This document shows positions 1 to 7,984 of a stretch of 13,223 nucleotides of DNA, one piece after another; within the stretch, counting starts at the first letter, position 1, and every line of letters starts with the position of its first letter. The notes under the pieces were generated by a model that had not been told where the DNA came from, did not search any database, and saw nothing but the letters and a program-made list of their open reading frames with translations. This DNA is from Armatimonadota bacterium (GTDB taxonomy: Bacteria; Armatimonadota; UBA5829; DTLH01), in the NCBI GenBank assembly GCA_039679675.1, contig JBDKUN010000049.1, forward strand, positions 1 to 13,223. The letters run 5' to 3'. Position numbers and translations under genes: made by a program.

Positions 1-2
1 GT

Positions 3-323
3 TTTGTCGACGATCCATCTATCCGTGCAGCCTGGCTTGCATCCAGATGGCACGGTCCGGCTATGGGCCAGATCGATCCATTGAAAGAGGCTCAGGCAGC
101 AGAGAAACGGATGGATATCGGCGTCTCAACGCTTGCTCAGGAAGCAATGGAGCTGACAGGAAGCGATTGGGAAGCAAACATCGCACAGCGCAAGACGGAG
201 ATCGAGCGAATGAAGGATGCCGGAATGCTCGATCAACCCAGTGAAGCCGGGCAATCTCAGGAACCAACAACGCCACCTGAACCTGATACCGATGGTGTTG
301 ATACAGATCTCGAAACGAAGTAA
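3..323 (+). CDS. Phage portal protein, lambda family (C-terminal fragment, 5' end outside window)
   Basis: The frame of ORF 63..323 is open from position 3: FVDDPSIRAAWLASRWHGPAMGQIDPLKEAQA. The W-x-GP-x4-IDPxKE motif and the later GxDW are typical of lambda gpB-like portal C-termini. It lies directly upstream of the prohead protease. Confidence 0.88.
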   Translation, partial: FVDDPSIRAAWLASRWHGPAMGQIDPLKEAQAAEKRMDIGVSTLAQEAMELTGSDWEANIAQRKTEIERMKDAGMLDQPSEAGQSQEPTTPPEPDTDGVDTDLETK

Positions 324-361
324 CCGGCCTGGCCGGGAATCTAATCTCAGGAGGTAGTTAT

Positions 362-1540
362 ATGCGTATTTTGGAACGCATCTTAAATGCGGTTGGGCTT
401 GGAGGCGGGGACGCAGATCCACCCAAGAAGTTTTGGCAATTCATAAAGAACAAATCGGCGGAAGGTGAAGAATCATCCGCCGATTTGCTTTTATATGGCG
501 AGATATCCGACTCGACATGGTGGGGTGATGAAGTAACTCCAAAACAGTTCGCCGCGGACCTCGCAGAGCTTGGTGATGTGTCTACCATCAGGGTGAGGAT
601 TAACTCACCTGGCGGGGATGTCTTTGCGGCTCAGGCAATGTATAACCTGCTCAAGTCCCATAAAGCCAAGATCGTAACCCATATCGACGGGTTGGCAGCA
701 TCCTCAGCCACGGTAGTAGCAATGGCCGGTGATGAGATCATTATGCCTGGCAACAGCATGATGATGGTCCATAACCCCTGGACATATGTCTCAGGCGATG
801 CACGCGACATGCGGAAAATGGCAGATACGCTCGATACGGTCCGGGATACGATTCTCGCCACTTATCAGGCTAAAACGGGTATGGAGCGCAGCCAGCTCAT
901 CAACCTGATGAACTCTGAGACCTGGCTTACCGCAGACCAGGCGAAGGAATACGGGTTCGCAGATACAGTGATTGAGCCGGTCAAGGTGGCTGCATCGCTC
1001 AAACCCGGAATATTCTCCGTAAATGGGCAGGAGATGGACTTCAAGAGCTTTCACGTCTGGCCGGGAACTCTCCTTGCGAGCGCGGAAAAAGAAGCCGGGA
1101 ATACGGAATCCAACGAGGGCGAACCGGGCGGCACCGCGCCGGCAGATGGAACCGAGAACAATCAGCCGGCCGCTGGTGCTACTGATCCTGAGGCCGGAGC
1201 GGCGACTGGTTCGGAGCCGGAAAACGACACCGAAAAAGCTCTCGCAGCCGACCGCAAGCGCATCCAGGATATAGATGAACTCGCAGCGGGGATTCCAGGA
1301 GCCGAGAAACTGGCATTTCAGGCGAAATACGAGAAGCCGGTGTCGGCAGAGCAGTTCGCAGTGGAACTTGTAAAATCCGGCAATGTCAAAAACGCAACTC
1401 TCCTGGACGCCCGCAGGAATGCTGCAAATGCTGCGGATGTGCCCGGAAGCGTGGCAAATCTCGGCAGCACTCAGGCGGATCGGGAAACCGACGCCAAAGC
1501 AATTGCAGACGCAATAATGAAACGTCGAGGAGGGAAATAA
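362..1540 (+). CDS. ClpP-type (S14) prohead maturation protease with C-terminal scaffold-like extension
   Basis: Motifs LYGEI, RINSPGGDVF, GLAASSAT (catalytic Ser), MMMVHNP (catalytic His) and ETWLTADQAKEYGFAD. An acidic low-complexity linker and helical C-terminus follow. SD AGGAGG lies upstream. Confidence 0.93.
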   Translation: MRILERILNAVGLGGGDADPPKKFWQFIKNKSAEGEESSADLLLYGEISDSTWWGDEVTPKQFAADLAELGDVSTIRVRINSPGGDVFAAQAMYNLLKSHKAKIVTHIDGLAASSATVVAMAGDEIIMPGNSMMMVHNPWTYVSGDARDMRKMADTLDTVRDTILATYQAKTGMERSQLINLMNSETWLTADQAKEYGFADTVIEPVKVAASLKPGIFSVNGQEMDFKSFHVWPGTLLASAEKEAGNTESNEGEPGGTAPADGTENNQPAAGATDPEAGAATGSEPENDTEKALAADRKRIQDIDELAAGIPGAEKLAFQAKYEKPVSAEQFAVELVKSGNVKNATLLDARRNAANAADVPGSVANLGSTQADRETDAKAIADAIMKRRGGK

Positions 1541-1545
1541 AAAAT

Positions 1546-2181
1546 ATGTATTCTTCAGAATCTATGGTTCCGGATCGGCTTTTCGCAGGAACCAACCCAA
1601 CCTATGCTGCTGAGGGGGTAACGCTCCTCGCAGGGTCCGGAACGCTTAAAAGGGGTACAGTGCTCGGCAAGATCACAAAAGCCATCGCATCTGACCACGG
1701 GACTAACGCAGGAAACGGGACTATCTCGCTGGTAACGCTCGGCAAGGCCGCGAAGCTCGGTGTCTATAAGATCACCTGCACCACAAAGGCAACTGCGGCA
1801 GTGTTCAGCGTTCTCGATCCAGACGGATTCCGCTTGGCCGATGCCCTGGCAGGTACAGCATATGCCGGGCCGGTAAACTTCACTCTTACGCAGGGCGCGA
1901 CTGTCTTTGAAGTCGGTGACAGTTTCACCGTTACCGTTTCAGCCGGAAGCGGTAAGTGCGTGATTGTGGACAGCACTAAGGTGGATGGCAGCCAGGAATC
2001 TTACGGGATTCTTTCTGAAACCGTTACAGTTCCTGCCGCTGCCGATCTGGTATCATCGGCATACATAACCGGTGAGTTCAATGAGAACGCGCTCACCTTC
2101 GGCGGAACGGATACCGCGGCGACTCACAAGGAAGCACTGAAACAGAAGGGCATTATCCTGAGGACTCCGGTCAAGGCCTAA
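1546..2181 (+). CDS. Head decoration protein (lambda gpD-like) with an internal insertion domain
   Basis: Motifs LKRGTVLGKIT, DGSQxxYGIL and YITGEFNENAL; located between protease and major capsid; SD GGAGGG upstream. Confidence 0.8.
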   Translation: MYSSESMVPDRLFAGTNPTYAAEGVTLLAGSGTLKRGTVLGKITKAIASDHGTNAGNGTISLVTLGKAAKLGVYKITCTTKATAAVFSVLDPDGFRLADALAGTAYAGPVNFTLTQGATVFEVGDSFTVTVSAGSGKCVIVDSTKVDGSQESYGILSETVTVPAAADLVSSAYITGEFNENALTFGGTDTAATHKEALKQKGIILRTPVKA

Positions 2182-2210
2182 CCGAACAATCACAAACAGC
2201 AGCAGTATAT

Positions 2211-2243
2211 AGGGGCGGCGACAACAAAATCGCTGCCCTTTTT
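2211..2243 (+). terminator. Intrinsic terminator-like hairpin between decoration and capsid genes
   Basis: AGGGGCGGCGA (2211-2221) pairs with TCGCTGCCCTT (2230-2240) including two G-U pairs, 8-nt loop, T-run 2239-2243. Confidence 0.7.
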
Positions 2244-2285
2244 CACATTTGATTAAGCTATTAAATCTTCTAGGAGGTTATCTAA

Positions 2286-3314
2286 GTGGATCCTTTTGAT
2301 GTAATAACTATGCTCACGGCGATTAACAATACGCCGCGCCCGAAGACATTTCTCTTGAACCTGCTGTTCGGCGGCAGGGTAAAGACGTTTACCACCGCCG
2401 AGGTGATGGTCGACTTCACGAAGGGCAAGCGGCGCATGGCTCCGTTCGTCTCACCGTATATCGGCGGGAAGCTCATGGAGAGAGAAGGCCGCTCTGTCAG
2501 GACTTACAGGCCGCCGCTCATCCAGCCTCGCGACGTTCTGACTCCTGAACGTCTGAATACTCGAATGGCCGGTGAGAATCTTCAGTCTGCACTCAGCCCG
2601 GCTGACCGGCTGGCTAAAGAGCAGGCCGATATTCTGGATATGTTCGATCAGTATATCACCCGAAGAGAAGAGTGGATGGCCGCCCAGTTGCTCTTCACGG
2701 GAGCCATCCGTATGGTCGGTGAAGGAGTCGATGAGAACTTCTCGGTAAGTTTCTCCAACACCGATACTCTCTCCAACGCCGATCTTTGGAGCGCAAGCAC
2801 AGCGAACCCGATAGGCGACATCAATTCTTGGCGACGGACGGTTCAGGAGAAATCCGGGATCACTCCAAACGCTGCGGTGATGAGTTCGGATGTCGCGGAT
2901 GCGTTCCTTAACCATCCGAACGTCAAGGATATGCTCGATGTTCGGCGCATGGAGATGGGGACGATAAACCCATCGGAGCTTCCGAACGGAGCCACTTATC
3001 TCGGCTCGCTTGCTCGCGAAGGTATGGACCTTTACGAGTATAACGAGTGGTATGTGGATGATGCCACAGGCCTCAGCAAGCCGATGATCCCGGCCACATA
3101 TCTGGCACTCGTTCCGACCGCGGATAGAAACCCCGGCGCGCAGATGCTCTATGGAGCCTGGACCGAGATGGTCAAAAAGACCACTTACGAAGGCGCCAGG
3201 ATCCCTAGAGTATGGAGTGAGGAAGGCCCGAATGCGACATTCATAGAGGTTGTGTCCAGACCGCTCCCGCTTATGCCGGATGCCGACTCCTGGTTCGTAG
3301 CCAAGGTACTCTAA
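2286..3314 (+). CDS. Major capsid protein (lambda gpE family)
   Basis: 342 aa, GTG start with SD AGGAGG at 2272-2277. Motifs RRMAPFVSP, RREEWMAAQLL and SRPLPL, plus size and position, fit phage capsid E. Confidence 0.92.
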   Translation: MDPFDVITMLTAINNTPRPKTFLLNLLFGGRVKTFTTAEVMVDFTKGKRRMAPFVSPYIGGKLMEREGRSVRTYRPPLIQPRDVLTPERLNTRMAGENLQSALSPADRLAKEQADILDMFDQYITRREEWMAAQLLFTGAIRMVGEGVDENFSVSFSNTDTLSNADLWSASTANPIGDINSWRRTVQEKSGITPNAAVMSSDVADAFLNHPNVKDMLDVRRMEMGTINPSELPNGATYLGSLAREGMDLYEYNEWYVDDATGLSKPMIPATYLALVPTADRNPGAQMLYGAWTEMVKKTTYEGARIPRVWSEEGPNATFIEVVSRPLPLMPDADSWFVAKVL

Positions 3315-3350
3315 TAGGCACCACAAACTAACAATTGATTGAGCGATTAC

Positions 3351-3387
3351 GAGCGGGGCAGATCTGAGTTGCCCCGCTTATTTCTTT
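3351..3387 (+). terminator. Intrinsic terminator-like hairpin after the major capsid gene
   Basis: GAGCGGGGCAG (3351-3361) pairs with TTGCCCCGCTT (3369-3379), followed by ATTTCTTT. Confidence 0.7.
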
Positions 3388-3398
3388 GGGAGGAATCT

Positions 3399-3704
3399 AT
3401 GTTAAGAGCAATTACACCAATCCGACACGATGGAACCCGGTATAACCCCGGTGATGTGCTGCCGGAGATGAGCACGAAAGCCGAAACCCGCTTGATTGAA
3501 TGCGGAGCGGCAGAAAGGATCGACGTCCCGACAAAATCGGCCGCAGCGACAACTGCCGGTGGGAAGTCCGGCAAATCTACAGGAGGTAAGGGTAGATCAT
3601 CTGCAGGGAGCAAGCCCAAGGATTCCGGTAAAACTGTTGCGGGCGAGGCCTCATCCGTTCAGCTTCCGGCCGGGATAGATCCCAATCTTGCGCCTGAGGA
3701 ATAG
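3399..3704 (+). CDS. Small post-capsid virion/packaging accessory protein, function uncertain
   Basis: The true start is probably ATG 3399 (SD GGGAGG just upstream), because the ORF-track start at 3339 runs through the terminator. It has an N-terminal IRHDGxxYxPGD domain seen in small genes after capsid genes, then a K/G/S/T-rich low-complexity tail. Confidence 0.65.
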   Translation: MLRAITPIRHDGTRYNPGDVLPEMSTKAETRLIECGAAERIDVPTKSAAATTAGGKSGKSTGGKGRSSAGSKPKDSGKTVAGEASSVQLPAGIDPNLAPEE

Positions 3705-3709
3705 GTAAA

Positions 3710-4042
3710 GTGGGCCTCAAGGAAGCTATCGCGGGCGATGCCTCGGTATTTCTTGATACCGGAGAGTTTGCCGAGAACTATACGGTCTCAATGGGCGGTG
3801 TATCAAAAACCGTTACGGGAATGCTCGATGAAAGCACTGATGCAGCATCAACTATGCAGCCTTCGGACGGCATCTACGCTGTGACAAAACGGTTCTATGT
3901 TGCCGAAGATGCTTTACCGAGGCCTCCGGTTATCAATAAGGCTATCAGTATCGACGGCACGGACTACCTTGTCCAGAACATTTCGCGCGAAATGGGACTG
4001 TTGGTATTAACGCTCGAGGTAAGCGATACGGGGGTGGTCTAA
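3710..4042 (+). CDS. Head-tail joining protein (lambda gpFII/Gifsy-like)
   Basis: 110 aa, GTG start. N-terminal LKEAIAGDxxVFLDxxEFAE and C-terminal IDGxDYxV beta-rich pattern; canonical position after the capsid genes. Confidence 0.7.
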   Translation: MGLKEAIAGDASVFLDTGEFAENYTVSMGGVSKTVTGMLDESTDAASTMQPSDGIYAVTKRFYVAEDALPRPPVINKAISIDGTDYLVQNISREMGLLVLTLEVSDTGVV

Positions 4043-4629
4043 TGGCTAACGATAGAGGCTTTTTCTCTATTACTCCGCGTGCCGATCAGGTGGAAAGAGC
4101 GCTCCGGGATCTGGCTCACATCAAGAACGGAGCTCCGCGGGCAATGTCTGCAGCGCTCAATAAGACTGCTACTGGTGCAAAAACCGATACAGTCAAAATC
4201 CTATCGAAGATCTATACAGCCAAGCAGAAGGATATTCGCCAATCAGTATCAATTGGACGGAAGGCGAGCCCGGCAAATCTCGTGACAACAATCCTGGGCA
4301 AACATAAGCCGATGCCATTGATGATGTTTCGCATTCGCCCACGGAATGTCACGAATCCACGGCCAAAGCGCGGTATACGTGCAGAAATAAAGCGCGGCCA
4401 AGCAAAATGGCTGCAGTATGCTTTCATTGCAACGATTGCCGGAAAATTGCAGGTTGCATCCAGGAAAGGTCGAAAACGGTTCCCGATTAAGAAACTCCTG
4501 GGACCGTCCGTCCCCTATATGATGGACAACGATAATGCAGCCGAGGAAGTGTTGACGCTCGCACAGGCACGGCTTGATAAAGCTCTCGACCACGAGATCG
4601 AGAGAATCGAGAAGGGATTCGGCAAATGA
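4042..4629 (+). CDS. Minor tail/neck protein (lambda gpZ-like)
   Basis: Very basic 195 aa protein with ALNKTA, AFIA, RKGRKRFPIKKLLGPSVPYM and LDHEI motifs; TAATG coupling to the upstream gene. Confidence 0.82.
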   Translation: MANDRGFFSITPRADQVERALRDLAHIKNGAPRAMSAALNKTATGAKTDTVKILSKIYTAKQKDIRQSVSIGRKASPANLVTTILGKHKPMPLMMFRIRPRNVTNPRPKRGIRAEIKRGQAKWLQYAFIATIAGKLQVASRKGRKRFPIKKLLGPSVPYMMDNDNAAEEVLTLAQARLDKALDHEIERIEKGFGK

Positions 4630-5120
4630 ACGGAATTGCACCGGGCGCATCATATGAGCATCTGGCTAAGGCAATAATAGCGCGGATAAAGAGCGTGACC
4701 ACGGAGGTTCTTCTCCCGAACAAAGAGGGGGAAATCGTGGCTCTGAAGGTGATCCGCAGCTATTTCGATCCTAAGAGCTACGAGAAGTATGACCTTCCGG
4801 CCATACTCGTACGTGTGACTGCGGGTAGTCAGAACGAGTCCGAAGAGCGCACAGCGAGCGTAGAGATAATCCTCGGGGCATTCCTCAAAGACTACGGGGA
4901 CGATGAATTCCTTATATCCATCATCGAGAGGATAGAGCAGGACCTGTTGTCCCAGAGGATACTGGATCACAAATACCGGCTGCAGATGCCGCTCAACTGG
5001 TCAGTGCTGGATAGCACAGAGCAGCCCTGGCCGTATTGGTTTGCGACAATGACAGCCAGTTACTATCTGCCCTCAATTGCGGAGGTGAGAAACGAAGATG
5101 GCGAAGGGTTCGACATCTAA
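4626..5120 (+). CDS. Tail terminator/completion protein (lambda gpU / Mu gp37-like)
   Basis: 164 aa, ATGA overlap with the upstream gene. P-x-I-L-V-R and QPWPYW motifs; position between the Z-like gene and the sheath. Confidence 0.6.
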   Translation: MNGIAPGASYEHLAKAIIARIKSVTTEVLLPNKEGEIVALKVIRSYFDPKSYEKYDLPAILVRVTAGSQNESEERTASVEIILGAFLKDYGDDEFLISIIERIEQDLLSQRILDHKYRLQMPLNWSVLDSTEQPWPYWFATMTASYYLPSIAEVRNEDGEGFDI

Positions 5121-5394
5121 ATCCAATAAAGATCAATCGACTGTTATTTCAGACCCGCTCGAGACGCGGGTCTTTGTTTATGTAGGCCCGACAGTGCCCG
5201 GGCTTACCAACAGGACCATACTCGGTCGTGAGCTGCCAGGCTATGTAAATGACATGGCGTCCGCCTGCGCGGCACTGAAGAGATTCATAGTTCCATTGTC
5301 CCTGATGGCTGATACTCTTAAGGCGATAAACCGGAGAGGTTCATCGGCTAACAGCGCTGCAATGGAAGTCATCAAACATTTCAACAGGAGGTAA
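5098..5394 (+). CDS. Hypothetical phage protein preceding the tail sheath
   Basis: 98 aa ORF with SD GGAGG upstream and a VYVGPT motif; fills the gap between terminator protein and sheath. Confidence 0.65.
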   Translation: MAKGSTSKSNKDQSTVISDPLETRVFVYVGPTVPGLTNRTILGRELPGYVNDMASACAALKRFIVPLSLMADTLKAINRRGSSANSAAMEVIKHFNRR

Positions 5395-5397
5395 TCC

Positions 5398-6858
5398 ATG
5401 GGCAAATTGTTTCATGGAGTCAATATCGAGGAGGTCCCCACCAGGGTATTGCCTCCTCGCGTAGTATCGGCATCGATCCCGTTTGTGGTCGGGCTTGCTC
5501 CTATTCACAGGACGAAGTCAGCTGCAGCCGACGTGATCAATAAGCCGGTATTGTGCAATACGTACGAGGAGTTCGTGACCCAGTTCGGCGAATCGGACGA
5601 CGCGAAGTATACTCTTTGTGAGTTCGCAAAGGTCTTCTTCGGGCTTTACAATGTGGGGCCCATCGTTGTCGTGAATGTCCTCGATCCGGCAAGCGATAAA
5701 ACTGCAGTCGCATCCGAAGCGGCCGTAATGGCGGCCGGGACATACACTCTCAAGCAGGACGCGGTCTTGTCGACCCTTATCGTAAAGAGCCAGGACGGCA
5801 GTAAAACCTATGTGCTCGATACCGACTATACGGCGGAATACGATGAGGACGGATATATCCTTATCACCCGCCTTTCGGATGGAGCCATAACGACAGCCAC
5901 ATCCGCGCTGCAGCTCAGTTACGACAAGATCGGGGCTACTCCCTGCACCGCGGAGGATATTATCGGCGGGGTCAATGTGATGACTGGTGCGAACGAAGGC
6001 CTCCAGTGCATCGAGGATGTGTATGCGCTTCATTCGGTCATTCCAGGGATGATCCTCTGCCCTGGCTGGTCAAAAACCCCGTCTGTAGCGCTCGCGATGG
6101 CAGCAAAAACGACAGGTATCAACTCGCTTTTCAGCGCGATCGCTATTGCCGATGTGGATTCGGGCGCAGCTGCCGCAGACCAGTATACGAAGGTGAACAA
6201 CTGGAAGAACACAAACAGTTACACCAATGGGCATCTGGGAGTCTGCTGGCCGAAAGTGAAGCTCGACAGCGCGGTATACTGGCTGAGTTCCCACCTGGCC
6301 GGGCGGATCGCGGCTACCGACGCAGATAACGGCGATGTGCCGTATGTGTCACCGTCGAACAAGTCACTCCAGATAAACGGGCTTGTGACCGACAACGGCT
6401 CACCTGTGGTGCTCACCATTCCGCAGGCGGATACGCTAAACCAGCAGGGGGTTATAACCGGCCTGCAGTTCAATGGCTGGAAATGCTGGGGAAACCGGAC
6501 CGGCGACTATCCGGGAAGCACTGACCCGAAAGACGCATTCCTTTCTGTCCGGCGGATGATGAACTGGATCGGGAACAACGTCGTCCTGCTCCTCTGGCAG
6601 AAGCTCGATGACCCGCTTAACAGGCGTACCGTCGAGACGGCCGTCGATTCCGTCAACCAGTGGCTAAACGGCCTGGTCGCAAGAGGATCTATCAATGCAG
6701 GACGCTGTGAGTTCGTCCAGGGCGAAAACAGCAATGTCAGCCTGTCTGACGGCAAGCTGACCCTGCATCTCTACGTGACTCCGCCGTCACCTGCAGAGCA
6801 GATCAACGTTATTCTCGAGTACGCTGTCAACGGCAACTCTGCCGTCTTCGGAGAATAG
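5398..6858 (+). CDS. Contractile tail sheath protein
   Basis: Motifs HGVNIEEVPT, VVGLAP, PGWS, SPSNK, WGNRT, FLSVRRM and TPPSPAEQI; SD AGGAGG. Confidence 0.94.
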   Translation: MGKLFHGVNIEEVPTRVLPPRVVSASIPFVVGLAPIHRTKSAAADVINKPVLCNTYEEFVTQFGESDDAKYTLCEFAKVFFGLYNVGPIVVVNVLDPASDKTAVASEAAVMAAGTYTLKQDAVLSTLIVKSQDGSKTYVLDTDYTAEYDEDGYILITRLSDGAITTATSALQLSYDKIGATPCTAEDIIGGVNVMTGANEGLQCIEDVYALHSVIPGMILCPGWSKTPSVALAMAAKTTGINSLFSAIAIADVDSGAAAADQYTKVNNWKNTNSYTNGHLGVCWPKVKLDSAVYWLSSHLAGRIAATDADNGDVPYVSPSNKSLQINGLVTDNGSPVVLTIPQADTLNQQGVITGLQFNGWKCWGNRTGDYPGSTDPKDAFLSVRRMMNWIGNNVVLLLWQKLDDPLNRRTVETAVDSVNQWLNGLVARGSINAGRCEFVQGENSNVSLSDGKLTLHLYVTPPSPAEQINVILEYAVNGNSAVFGE

Positions 6859-6870
6859 GAGGGCTGAGAA

Positions 6871-7401
6871 TTGGCAAACGAAGTAAATAGAATACCGACC
6901 GTCCTGGTCGACCATGCAATCTATCTCGGCAACTCCAGGCTGATAGGTACCGGCGAGGTGACATTGCCGTCGATAAGCCCTCAGACGGCGTCTGTCGAAG
7001 GCGCGGGGATAGGCGGGTCGCTCGATGTCCCTGTGCTTGGGCATTTCGACAGCATGTCACTCGAGATAGCTTTCCGAACGGTCGAGCTGGATGCAGCGGA
7101 GCTTATGAAGCCGGTGGCGCATGATCTGGTCATACGCGGCTCCCAGCAATCCTATGACGGCGCCGGCGGGACACTCAAGACCGAGCCGGTCGTGGTATAT
7201 GTCCGTGGAATGCTGAAAGGCAACGATCAGGGCAAGTTCAAGGCCGGTGAGTCGGTCGACGGTAAAGTGGAGCTCGAGGTGCTCAGGATCAAGATGGTCA
7301 AGGCCGGGAAAGAGCTCTACGAGGTCGACAAACTGAACGGTATTTATACTGTGCTCGGCACGGATTATACCGCTTCGGTCAGATCCGATCTCGGAATCTA
7401 A
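6871..7401 (+). CDS. Major tail tube protein (P2 gpFII-like)
   Basis: 176 aa, TTG start with SD AGGAGG. Motifs EVTLP, GAGIGG and EVDKLN...GTDY...R..LG; immediately after the sheath. Confidence 0.9.
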   Translation: MANEVNRIPTVLVDHAIYLGNSRLIGTGEVTLPSISPQTASVEGAGIGGSLDVPVLGHFDSMSLEIAFRTVELDAAELMKPVAHDLVIRGSQQSYDGAGGTLKTEPVVVYVRGMLKGNDQGKFKAGESVDGKVELEVLRIKMVKAGKELYEVDKLNGIYTVLGTDYTASVRSDLGI

Positions 7402-7429
7402 TACAACTCATCACAATTACATTAGCAAC

Positions 7430-7464
7430 AAAGGGGGCTGTCCAAGGCAGCTCCCTTTTTGTTT
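7430..7464 (+). terminator. Intrinsic terminator-like hairpin after the tail tube gene
   Basis: AAAGGGGGCTGT pairs with GCAGCTCCCTTT, followed by TTGTTT. The A-rich 5' flank could make it bidirectional. Confidence 0.75.
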
Positions 7465-7478
7465 GAAAGGAAAGCAGA

Positions 7479-7832
7479 ATGCCGGAAACCAACCAGATAC
7501 AGAATGATTTGCCGGAGATGAGCTTCTCTGGCGTTTATAACTTCACCTCTCCGGTCGAGTTCGAAGGCCAGACATACGATAAGGTCGACTATGACCTCAC
7601 CAAAATGAAAGCGAAGGATGTCATCTCCTGCAAAAAAGAGGCGGCCAGACTGAGAAAGGGCGAAAGCCTTGAAGCACTATTAACGGATGATTTGCTCCAT
7701 GCTGTCCTTTTTGCGCGGTCCGCAGATTTACCGGGTGTATTCGTACTCGAGATGGGTGCAGCCGATTATGCAGCTTGGGCTACGGTTGCGCAGGCTTTTT
7801 TCGGCAGTGCGCTCTCCGGCCTGATGAGCTAG
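7479..7832 (+). CDS. Tail assembly chaperone (P2 gpE / Mu gp41-like), short form
   Basis: 117 aa between tube and tape measure; PVEFEG, DLTKMKAKD, M.AADY and AFF C-terminal pattern. Confidence 0.85.
   Translation: MPETNQIQNDLPEMSFSGVYNFTSPVEFEGQTYDKVDYDLTKMKAKDVISCKKEAARLRKGESLEALLTDDLLHAVLFARSADLPGVFVLEMGAADYAAWATVAQAFFGSALSGLMS
7796..7802 (+). other. -1 ribosomal frameshift slippery heptamer T TTT TTC
   Basis: Codons GCT TTT TTC in the chaperone frame give an X XXY YYZ heptamer; the -1 frame is open to the stop at 7984. Confidence 0.85.
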
Positions 7833-7984
7833 AAAGCGACATCAAAGATCGCACTGCATTCTGTGCATGGGCGCTCCATACTCCTATACCATATTTCCTT
7901 GATTTATCACTTGAGGAGCTTATGGACTGGACAAAACGAGCAGATGAGCTGACGGAGAAACTATATGGCGGTAAAAAAGAGTGA
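7802..7984 (+). CDS. Frameshift extension of the tail chaperone (P2 E'-like), giving a ~168 aa fusion from 7479
   Basis: The -1 frame reads RQCALRPDELE...YFLDLSLEELMDWTKRA, resembling the P2 gpE' LxELxxW motif. It overlaps the tape measure start. Confidence 0.8.
   Translation, partial: RQCALRPDELESDIKDRTAFCAWALHTPIPYFLDLSLEELMDWTKRADELTEKLYGGKKE

Noticed and set aside
2451..3326. 291-aa antisense ORF opposite the major capsid gene
   Set aside because: It overlaps the capsid gene almost exactly, has an R/H/G-rich composition and no recognisable motif; it is most simply a shadow ORF caused by codon bias.
3339..3398. Longer N-terminus for the post-capsid ORF
   Set aside because: It starts at a TTG without an SD and runs through a terminator hairpin; ATG 3399 has a strong SD.
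5518..6033. 171-aa antisense ORF within the sheath gene, and the other short overlapping ORFs in the track
   Set aside because: They lie within well-supported genes and have no motifs or convincing initiation signals.
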